This document shows, piece after piece, positions 55,662 to 64,000 of a stretch of 64,000 bases of DNA. Source of the DNA: an uncultured Methanosarcinales archaeon (GTDB taxonomy: Archaea > Nanobdellota > Nanobdellia > Woesearchaeales > DATDXC01); contig CAZDZV010000002.1 of assembly GCA_964510025.1 (NCBI GenBank), positions 62,001 to 126,000 on the forward strand. Direction: 5' to 3'. How positions within the stretch are numbered: position 1 is the first letter of the stretch; every line of letters starts with the position of its first letter. The translations under genes and the position numbers were made by a program. The notes under the pieces were generated by a model, which was given only the letters and a program-made list of their open reading frames with translations, had not been told where the DNA came from and searched no databases.

Positions 55662-58600
55662 GTGTTCTCAAAGACTATCGTGTTGTTGTATTGTTGAGAC
55701 TTAACCTGGGGTATTGTTATCCTGAAATAAAGGCTGTGATTTGCCTTTACGCTGAGGTTGCTCGTGAATGCAGTGGCTGTCGTGGTTATATTTAAGTATT
55801 CTGAAAATGTGGATTCATTTGCGTAGTCGATGTTCTCAATCGGGATCTCATAGCTGTCATCTGGATAGCCTGTGAGATTGCCTGAGGCGTTGATCGTCAT
55901 GTTCAGCCTCACATTTCCCCTGTTTTCTATCACAGCAGGGAAACCGAAGCCTACTGTCGCATTCTGGTCTTCCAGGAGCGCTGCCAGCTGGCCGAACTGG
56001 ATAGGCACATTGGTGAGCACAAACCCTTCAAGCTCTGTTATGTTGAAGTTTGCGGCAAATGAGGCATTTGCCTTTGAGGTGTCGTTTACATAGACAGTTA
56101 TGTTCCACCTGCCTGGCTCATCATCATAGCTGATGGAGAAGGATCCGTTGTACATGCAGGTGCTGCCTGCGCATACAACCTCTTCCAGCGTATAGTTGGT
56201 GTATGTGGGGATCTCTTTTGATGTGGTCAGGTTCCATACCTTTAGCCATGTGACATCTATATCTTCTGTGTCTCCGATTATGGTTACGTTGAACCATGCA
56301 TGGATCGTCCTCAGAGAATTGACCACAGGTGCCACCTGATACCCTGCTTTTGATGGATCATCATCTGTCATGTTGAACCAGTCTATCTTCAGGCCTGCCT
56401 CCAAGGTGAAGACATGCATAAGATTGTTCTGCTCAGCTGTGACGTTGTATTCCTTATTATCGTCAAAGTAGCTTGGGGATGAGGCATATATCGTATAGTT
56501 GCTGAAATAGGTTGTTGTGCCGCCATCGTTTACATAATCTGTCATCTGCATCTTAGGTGTGTAGCCATCGGCGCCTGTGGTAGCGTTGAAATGATAGGCT
56601 GCAGATATGTTGTAGGCTGTTATATTGATGCTGCTCAATGGGAGGCCATCAGTATCGTTAACATATGCCCTGTAGTGCCATCTTCTTATGAGTGTGGAGT
56701 TCTTATCCACAGACTCGTCATCATAGCTTACGTTGACAAAGGTGTTGTTCAGGTTCAGCGATCCCAAGGAATCATCCATATAGACACCATAGCTGTCAAT
56801 ATCTGTAAGGTTCATGTCCCTAAATGTATTCCCTGAGCAGCTGGTTGAGGCTGAATCTGAGACAATCGATAACCCGTAATTCCCACTCCTGTTGATGAAA
56901 GCATTTATGAAGGTGTTATTGTCCGAGCGATAGCTGCCTATGCAGGCATATGAGCCGCCGGATGAGCAGTTCCATATGCTTATGCCAGCAAAAGAATTAT
57001 TGTGGGAGTACAGAGAAATATAAAATCCATATTGGACATTGGAATTCGCAGTTATATTTGCCAGAACATTATGCTCTGAGCTTGAGTACATATATATACC
57101 ATGCCTTTCGTTTGAATTTGCTGTCACATTTGTCAGCCTGTTATTTCTTGAGCCTAAGTAGATATACAGCCCGTCCTCCTCATTGTGGCTGGCTGTTATA
57201 TCTGACAGGATGTTCTCAGAGGAGACGCTTATATACAATCCCTGGCCATTGTTGTTTGTAGTGATGCTTTTCAGGGTGTTGTTGTGGCTTCCGCTCATGC
57301 GTATGCCGTAGTTCATCCTTGTGCCTTCACAAGAGCTGAAGTCCAGATAGCTTGCGTTAATGTTCTCCAGGTGATTATAGTTGCCCTGCAGATAGATACC
57401 TATGTTGTCGCAGTCATCCCCTCCTGCAGCTACTCTGCCGCTTATGGTGAGGTTGGTGAAGTTACCGTGATCGGCGCTGGAGAGGATCCCATTTCCAAAA
57501 TTATATATGCGGCCGTTGATGACTGTGAGATTGTCGCTGCTGCTGTCCAAGATGCCATAGTCAAACTCTCCGCCATCTCCTGTGATATTGTAGCTGTTCA
57601 TGTCCAGGGTTATGTTTTCTGCTGTCACTGTAAAGCAGGTGCCTGTTATGCCCACTATATCCTGCTGCAGAGTGTATGTGGTGTCAGGCTGGTTCAGCTC
57701 CCTGCAGCTGTATAATGAGCTGTTCTCCACTGCCATGTAGGTTGTGAAGTGTGTTACGTTGAAGACATAGCTTGAGCTGGTGTAGTTAAGGTTGATGCAG
57801 TGGCTGCATTCCGCATATGTGCCGTCATCTTCATAGTCAACTACTGCATTAGGCTCTTCAAGGCTGATGGTTATAGTGATGTTTGCTGTTGTGTTGAAGC
57901 CTTCCTGCTCTGAGGTGTTTACGAAGATATTGTTTGAAGTTATAGAGACTATATCGCTAAGGTTGGAGCCTGATGCATAGAGTGATTTGTTTAAGAAGAG
58001 TATCGAGCCATAGCTTGCATCGTATACTTCCAGAGAGTTGTTCTGCAGGCTGTATTCTGTCACAGTCTGGTCATAGATATGGTAGTTGAGATCCATATTT
58101 TCGAAACTGTTGTTGATTATCTGGGTTTTGGTCCCTGAAGATATGTTGAAGGCCTGGGCATTCTTTATATTGTTGCCGAAGAACCTGTTATTGTCCGAAC
58201 TCTCCAGATATACCGCACTATTCAGCTTTTCTGTTATGTTGTTGGATGTGAAATTGTTGCTGCTTGAATCAGCTATGTAGATACCGTAATGCTCTCCGTC
58301 CAAGATATTGTAGTTGATCTGGTTGTCATTGCTTCCTGTCTCAAGATAGATATCAGCCGAGGCTGCATTTGGAGCAGAGGCGTTTATGATAGAAAAGCTT
58401 ATGTTTGTGAAGTTTGCATTGAGGAGCCGGATGCCATAGGAAGCCAGCGCAGGAGAAGCTACACAGGTTGTTGCGTTTATTGTCTCGTTGTATATCACAG
58501 CTGAACTGAAAGATGCCCCCAGATTATATAATATTATTCCATAGGCACCATTAGACGAATTCAGCTTATACCTGTTGGAGTGCAGGACTGGCGAATCAAG

Positions 58601-61600
58601 CATGGGGCCGTTATTCCTGATATATACACCCATAGCGTTTTGGGTAGCGTTCATGTCGATTGTATTTGAAGTTATGCTTATGCTGTCTGTTGAAATGCCT
58701 GTTGCGCCCTGGACAACATATATAGCAGAACCTGCCCACCTGGACCTTGTGTTTATATTGTTGGATGCAATCACTGAATAATCTGACTGCCCTGAATTTA
58801 CTATTGTAATGCCATATGCAGTTTGCTGCACATCCAATGAGATATTGTTGTTGGAGAAATTGTAGAAACCTGCTGACTGACCTGAATCTATCGCCGCATA
58901 TATGCCATAACCATGCTGGTTGTCTACGGTTGTATTAAGTTCCATCACATTGCCATAGACTGCTGTTGCATTGCTGTTTACAAGATATACCCCATAGGGA
59001 GTCACGCTGTAGTTGGTCTTGATCGTATTGTTATGTATTAGGGAATTATTGCTGTTCTCTAGGCTGACACCATACCTGAACCTGCCAATTTTTGCAAAGT
59101 TCCTTATGGTGGCGTTTTCATAGCCATCTGTGTAGACCCCATAGTCATTTCCTGTGCTGTCACCTTCTATTACATGGCTGTTACCGTCCAATGTGATATT
59201 TTCTGCAGCTATCGTGAAGCATGTGCCCTCTATGCCTGTTATGTCAGACTGCAGTGTATAGTAGGTGTTCGGCTGGTCAAGTATGCCGCAGATTCTTGGA
59301 TTAGGGCCTAAGCTCAGGGTGATGACATGCTCAAGGTTGTTTCCAGATGCGTTGTAGCTTAATGTGGCTTTCACATATGACTCATTCTCCCCATAGATGG
59401 TGTAGTTGCTGTAGTATGTCCTTGTGCCGCCGTCATTTGTATACTCTGTGATACCTGTTCTCTGGGTATAGCCTGTTGCATTTGTGGTCAGGTTAAACTG
59501 GTAGATATCTGTAATGTTGTATGCTGTAACGTTTGCATTTATCACTATATTTCCGCCTGTATCATTTACATATGCCCTGTAGTACCACTTTCTTGTCAGC
59601 CTGGATGCTGCATCCACAGATTCCATTGATGTGTCATAGGATGCATTGAGGAATGTGTTGTTCACAGAGCCTACCAGCTCCACAACATAGTCAGCGCTTG
59701 CGCCCAATATTGGATAGGTATATACATCAGTGAACGTATTATTCTCTGAAGACTGAAGATTGATTATGTAATCATCACTGGCGTACAGGTTTGCGCAGGC
59801 ATACAGGTTGTCGAAGATGTTGTCACTGCCGCCATAGACTTTCAGCGCATTGCTTGTAAGATTCAGGCTGCCTGCCGTGAATGTGTTGTTGACACTGGAA
59901 TAAAGGTAAAGATTGAACTCTGTATTGTTTATGGAATAGCTATCAATGACATTATGATAGCTGTTTATCAAGTAGATACCGTAGCTATCATAACTATCAC
60001 CGTTGGCAGATGTATCTGCGCTTCGGATATCTTCAAAACTGCTATAGTTAGCTGAACCATAGAGGGCATAGCTGGAGCCAGAACTTACCGCATGTGCCCC
60101 GAATTCCGCTGTTGTAGCATCATTCCCTGTAAGCGCCATATCCCTAACTGTGTGGTTTCTGCCGACAAGATACAGCCCATAACCATATGCATTGGCATAG
60201 GATTCAGCGCCTGTGGTGTAGGCGTAGCCGTAAGCATACCCTGAATTGGCAGTGTTGTTTTCAAGAGTGGCGTTCGATCCAGTCACGTAGATACCATAGC
60301 AGTATGCATTACCATATGCATTATCGCCGCTGGAGGTGTAGCCGTAGCCGTATGCTTCTGTATCATCTGCTGAGCTATGCTTTATCAAATTGTCTTCCCC
60401 GGAAGCATATATCCCGTAGCCATAGGCATATACTTGCGGCTGCTGACCGTTGTCTGATGAGCTGCCATAGGCATAGCCATAATTGTTGTCTGCAGTTGAA
60501 TAGGTTATATTATTCTTGTTGCCAATGAGATATATCCCGTAGCCATAGCCATAAACATAATTATGGGTGCCGCCTGTCAGGTAGGCGTAGTTGGAATCAG
60601 CAGAGGTATTATGGATAGAATTGCTGTCCCCTGAGACAAAGATCCCATATGTATAGCTGTAGGTAATGTCATCGTTATTCCCATAGTTTGCAGTGAAGTT
60701 GGAATGCTCTATCTTATTGTTTGAACCTATCAGCCTCAGACCATATGTATACACATGATAATCGCCGGTATCGCCTGAGCCTGAATAGATGCGTGAGTCT
60801 TTAACCACGTTAGAAGTGATATTGTTATAATGGCCTATTACAGAAAGGGCTGACAGATTCACCCTTGCACAGCAGCCGCCGCTTAAGTCAAGGCCTTCCA
60901 TATAATTACTTAAAAGTGTGTTATTCTTTATGTCATTGTAAGAGCCTTCTATGTAAAGCCCATAACCGTAATAGTCTTCTGGGGCAAATTCGTCATCAGT
61001 GAAGTTGAGATGGTAGTTGTAAAATCCATTGTCATAAACCTTATTGTTTGAGCCTGTTATGCGGGCACCGCTGCGGGTGTTGTACTGAAATAGATTCTTT
61101 ACCACCCCTATATTTGAAACATCAGCTGCATACAAACCGTCGTTCTGGAACTGGAGATCATTATCGTATATGACAGAATCATTAGCTCCAGCCAGCTCTA
61201 TGCCATAACCCCATCCCCCGTTGGCCCAGTCATTGCAGCAGTAGTAGCCCATCCTTATGTCGCAGTTCCTTATGGTTGTGTTCGGCTGGTCTGAGAAGAC
61301 GCCTACTGTTGCGTCATCGCTGATAATCGAATAGCCGTTGCAGTCCAGGGTGATGTTCGCTGCTGTTATGTTTATGCATGGCACCTTCACATACTGGTCA
61401 TATAATATCGTATTGTTTATTATGCTGCCAATCAGCGTGTAGACTGTATTCGGGGAAGACAAGACCTGGCATTTTCCTATATCTGTCAGGTTGAATATCT
61501 TATAGTAGGTGAAATGAGATACGCTAAAGTAGTATGTGGAGGCGTCATTGCTGAGGCCGGTGCACTGGGGGGCTTCGCATTCCTGGTATGAATTGCCATC

Positions 61601-64000
61601 CTCATAGTCTACGCCTATCTTTGCAGAGCTGGCTGATATGCCATATAAGGTGATGTTTGCAGATGTGTTGAAGCCCTCATCCAGGGCTGACCTTACACGG
61701 GCTGCATTCGGCTGTATATCTATGACGTCTGAAAGCGCAGAGCCGGATGCATATAGTGAACGGTTGAGGAAGCGTATCTTTCCTGAGGCTGTCTCTATCT
61801 CAAGGCTGTTATTGAGGAGCCCATACTCTTTTACTGTGGAGTTGAATATGGTGTAGTGGTATGGGTTAAAGAGGTAATCGCCGCTGCCGTCCAGGCCGTA
61901 CCCAAGCTCCATGGTGTTGTTGATGAAGGAGTTGTTATCTGCAGATGTGACATTTATGCCTTCCTCTGTCGTGTTGTATATTGACAGGTTCCTGAAGCAG
62001 TTTTCTGTTGATTCACTTATGTAGACGCCATGCTTGGAGGCGTTCACCAGTATCAGGGAAGTGAAGTTGTTCCCAGATGAGGCAGCTACGTATACCAGAT
62101 GTTCGCTTGCATTATGTAATGTGATGCTTTCAAAGGCGTTGTTGTCGCTGCTTTCCAGATATATTATGCTGCTCGAGCTGTCCTCCATAGAGCCGCCTAT
62201 GAAGGAGTTGTTGTCTGCATCATGTACAAAAATGCAGCCAAAAGAGGCGCCACAGGAATACAGGTCATTGTTCTGCAGCTGGTTGTGAGAAGACTGGACT
62301 TCCAGCAGATAGTTTGAGCTGAACATTGTGTTATTGATTACATGATTATAGCTACCATGGAGACCCACAGCTGCGCTAGTCGCATATGAGATTGTATTGT
62401 TTATTATCCAGTTGTCTGTCCCATCAACATATACGCTCGTATGCGATCCCAAACCGTCCTGGACGGTTATATTGCTGTCTCTCAATATATTATTGTCTGA
62501 ACTGTCGAGATATATCTGATACCATTCAGTGAATGCATCGTCTATATCCTTAATATGGATCCGGGTTAAGTTATTATAGTGGCAGTCTTTAAGATAGACG
62601 GCCATTGCACCCCCATAGTCATTATCCCCTCCCCAGTCATTTATTGTTATGTCCTCCAAGATGGATGAGTTTGTGCTGCTCAGCTTGACAGCAGCCCTGT
62701 ATGAACCTACGCCGTTAGTGCTGTCCTCAAATGTGATGTTGTCTATGAGGCTGCTGTTGCAGTTGATCAGATATATTCCAGACTCAAACTGATAAATATC
62801 GCCGTCCTTTACTGTTATGTTTGTGTGGCTGTCGGAATATACACCATAGTCTCCTGTCCCGGTGTTTCCTGTTATCCGGAAGCCGTTCATATCTAAGGTG
62901 ATATTATCAGCAGCTATTGTGAAACATGTATCTGTGGTTTCGATATTATTTTGAAGGGTGTACACCGTATTCGGCTGGTCCAATGCGCCGCACACTGTAA
63001 GGTCTGGCGAAAGCGACAATGTAAAGACATGCTCAAGGTTGTTTCCAGATGCATTGTAGCTTACAGCAGCTGTCATATAGGTCTCATTTTCAGCATATAT
63101 CGTATGGTTGTTGTAGTAGTATTTTGTTCCTCCAAGGTTTATGTAGTCTGTTATCTCTGCCTGCTGGGTATAGCCTGTTGCATTTGTGGTCAGGTTAAAC
63201 TGGTAGATATCTGTAATGTTGTATGCTGTAACGTTTGCATTTATCACTATATTTCCGCCTGTATCATTTACATATGCCCTGTAGTACCACTTTCTGATGT
63301 AGTAGCTGTCTGCTGCAACATAGTCATCTGATGTAGAGAAGCTGCAGTTCAGGAATGTGTTGTTTGTTGTAGAGGTAAGATAGATGTCGTTTGAGGCTGC
63401 ATAGAACCAGCTGTCTATGAAGGTGTTGTTCCCTTTTCCGTCAATATATACTGCATAGTCCGGATCATCATCGTATGTGTTGGTGTTGGTATCCCTTATC
63501 CTGTTTCCGGTGCCTGAGCTTATGTAGATGCCATAGTCATATCCGTTATCCATTCCCTGGATCTCCAATTTTTCAGCATAGTTGCTGTCTCCGCTGATGT
63601 ATACCGCATATGCATCGTTGCTTGCGGACGGCGATCCCAGCAGCTGGCCAGTTGCATTGTTGAAGTTGCCGCTGATATAGATGCTGTAAGCATCATCATT
63701 TGAGGAGGTTATAGAGCCTGCTCCATTGACTCCGCCCTCATCGAAGAGGGTGTTGTTGGAGCCGGAGATGTAATACCCATATGATGCAAGAGTAGCACCT
63801 ACTACGCTCACATCATTGTCATTTGCCAGAACATTAAGATTTCCGCTAACAGAGACACCATAGGCAGTATCGCCCGATATTGTATCAAAGGTGCTTCCTA
63901 CCAGAGTATTATTGTTTCCTGAAAGTTCAATACCATAGGCTGCATCTGTTAAGCAAAAGACATCCAATACATCGCTCCTGTTTATTATGTTGTTATAGCC
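55658..64000 (-). CDS. Giant modular beta-helix surface protein (more than 2770 aa, 5' end outside the window)
   Basis: Frame stays open to the window edge; repeated C..L..P.T.YTL...NITLD.N caps, beta-helices, R[K/R]W[Y/H]YRAYVND domains; C-terminal pilin-like domain. Confidence 0.88.
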   Translation of the reverse strand, partial: GYNNIINRSDVLDVFCLTDAAYGIELSGNNNTLVGSTFDTISGDTAYGVSVSGNLNVLANDNDVSVVGATLASYGYYISGSNNTLFDEGGVNGAGSITSSNDDAYSIYISGNFNNATGQLLGSPSASNDAYAVYISGDSNYAEKLEIQGMDNGYDYGIYISSGTGNRIRDTNTNTYDDDPDYAVYIDGKGNNTFIDSWFYAASNDIYLTSTTNNTFLNCSFSTSDDYVAADSYYIRKWYYRAYVNDTGGNIVINANVTAYNITDIYQFNLTTNATGYTQQAEITDYINLGGTKYYYNNHTIYAENETYMTAAVSYNASGNNLEHVFTLSLSPDLTVCGALDQPNTVYTLQNNIETTDTCFTIAADNITLDMNGFRITGNTGTGDYGVYSDSHTNITVKDGDIYQFESGIYLINCNSSLIDNITFEDSTNGVGSYRAAVKLSSTNSSILEDITINDWGGDNDYGGAMAVYLKDCHYNNLTRIHIKDIDDAFTEWYQIYLDSSDNNILRDSNITVQDGLGSHTSVYVDGTDNWIINNTISYATSAAVGLHGSYNHVINNTMFSSNYLLEVQSSHNQLQNNDLYSCGASFGCIFVHDADNNSFIGGSMEDSSSSIIYLESSDNNAFESITLHNASEHLVYVAASSGNNFTSLILVNASKHGVYISESTENCFRNLSIYNTTEEGINVTSADNNSFINNTMELGYGLDGSGDYLFNPYHYTIFNSTVKEYGLLNNSLEIETASGKIRFLNRSLYASGSALSDVIDIQPNAARVRSALDEGFNTSANITLYGISASSAKIGVDYEDGNSYQECEAPQCTGLSNDASTYYFSVSHFTYYKIFNLTDIGKCQVLSSPNTVYTLIGSIINNTILYDQYVKVPCINITAANITLDCNGYSIISDDATVGVFSDQPNTTIRNCDIRMGYYCCNDWANGGWGYGIELAGANDSVIYDNDLQFQNDGLYAADVSNIGVVKNLFQYNTRSGARITGSNNKVYDNGFYNYHLNFTDDEFAPEDYYGYGLYIEGSYNDIKNNTLLSNYMEGLDLSGGCCARVNLSALSVIGHYNNITSNVVKDSRIYSGSGDTGDYHVYTYGLRLIGSNNKIEHSNFTANYGNNDDITYSYTYGIFVSGDSNSIHNTSADSNYAYLTGGTHNYVYGYGYGIYLIGNKNNITYSTADNNYGYAYGSSSDNGQQPQVYAYGYGIYASGEDNLIKHSSADDTEAYGYGYTSSGDNAYGNAYCYGIYVTGSNATLENNTANSGYAYGYAYTTGAESYANAYGYGLYLVGRNHTVRDMALTGNDATTAEFGAHAVSSGSSYALYGSANYSSFEDIRSADTSANGDSYDSYGIYLINSYHNVIDSYSINNTEFNLYLYSSVNNTFTAGSLNLTSNALKVYGGSDNIFDNLYACANLYASDDYIINLQSSENNTFTDVYTYPILGASADYVVELVGSVNNTFLNASYDTSMESVDAASRLTRKWYYRAYVNDTGGNIVINANVTAYNITDIYQFNLTTNATGYTQRTGITEYTNDGGTRTYYSNYTIYGENESYVKATLSYNASGNNLEHVITLSLGPNPRICGILDQPNTYYTLQSDITGIEGTCFTIAAENITLDGNSHVIEGDSTGNDYGVYTDGYENATIRNFAKIGRFRYGVSLENSNNSLIHNNTIKTNYSVTPYGVYLVNSNATAVYGNVMELNTTVDNQHGYGIYAAIDSGQSAGFYNFSNNNISLDVQQTAYGITIVNSGQSDYSVIASNNINTRSRWAGSAIYVVQGATGISTDSISITSNTIDMNATQNAMGVYIRNNGPMLDSPVLHSNRYKLNSSNGAYGIILYNLGASFSSAVIYNETINATTCVASPALASYGIRLLNANFTNISFSIINASAPNAASADIYLETGSNDNQINYNILDGEHYGIYIADSSSNNFTSNNITEKLNSAVYLESSDNNRFFGNNIKNAQAFNISSGTKTQIINNSFENMDLNYHIYDQTVTEYSLQNNSLEVYDASYGSILFLNKSLYASGSNLSDIVSITSNNIFVNTSEQEGFNTTANITITISLEEPNAVVDYEDDGTYAECSHCINLNYTSSSYVFNVTHFTTYMAVENSSLYSCRELNQPDTTYTLQQDIVGITGTCFTVTAENITLDMNSYNITGDGGEFDYGILDSSSDNLTVINGRIYNFGNGILSSADHGNFTNLTISGRVAAGGDDCDNIGIYLQGNYNHLENINASYLDFSSCEGTRMNYGIRMSGSHNNTLKSITTNNNGQGLYISVSSENILSDITASHNEEDGLYIYLGSRNNRLTNVTANSNERHGIYMYSSSEHNVLANITANSNVQYGFYISLYSHNNSFAGISIWNCSSGGSYACIGSYRSDNNTFINAFINRSGNYGLSIVSDSASTSCSGNTFRDMNLTDIDSYGVYMDDSLGSLNLNNTFVNVSYDDESVDKNSTLIRRWHYRAYVNDTDGLPLSSINITAYNISAAYHFNATTGADGYTPKMQMTDYVNDGGTTTYFSNYTIYASSPSYFDDNKEYNVTAEQNNLMHVFTLEAGLKIDWFNMTDDDPSKAGYQVAPVVNSLRTIHAWFNVTIIGDTEDIDVTWLKVWNLTTSKEIPTYTNYTLEEVVCAGSTCMYNGSFSISYDDEPGRWNITVYVNDTSKANASFAANFNITELEGFVLTNVPIQFGQLAALLEDQNATVGFGFPAVIENRGNVRLNMTINASGNLTGYPDDSYEIPIENIDYANESTFSEYLNITTTATAFTSNLSVKANHSLYFRITIPQVKSQQYNNTIVFENT
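59462..59593. repeat. 132-bp perfect direct repeat, copy 1
   Basis: Identical to 63164-63295 by visual alignment. Confidence 0.9.
63164..63295. repeat. 132-bp perfect direct repeat, copy 2
   Basis: Identical to 59462-59593; offset 3702 bp (in frame). Confidence 0.9.

Noticed and set aside
59324..63295. Repeat pair as a diversity-generating retroelement TR/VR
   Set aside because: The core is identical, flanking differences are not adenine-specific, and there is no reverse transcriptase in the window.

Overview
Gene-dense archaeal chromosomal window. Archaeal markers include histones, thermosome, Elp3, archaeal GluRS, Spt5/SecE/uL11, BRE/TATA promoters and BHB tRNA introns. The gene content and orphan families suggest a DPANN archaeon, probably Woesearchaeota-like (inference). 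Contents: (i) an operon around a 749-aa TIM-barrel metalloenzyme with a very large insertion; (ii) two loci built on giant beta-helix surface proteins that end in a shared pilin/WxL-like domain, one next to a stand-alone copy of that domain, and both followed by an Ig-like accessory gene (candidate undescribed fimbrial/adhesin system); (iii) a recurrent ITG[M/H/F/Y]A-type motif, mostly just after hydrophobic segments of exported proteins; (iv) tRNA-Met with two introns and tRNA-Ala, both with a non-canonical T-loop (59/60) BHB intron; (v) two classes of histone; (vi) a surface-glycan cluster (wzm/wzt, GT2, GT4, AsnB, sulfotransferase-radical SAM fusion); (vii) core genes cmk, slyD, ftsZ, secE, spt5, rpl11, dtdA, elp3 and an RsmB/NOP2 methyltransferase. 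No CRISPR array, transposase, integrase or reverse transcriptase was seen. All calls come from motif recognition by eye; no searches were run.
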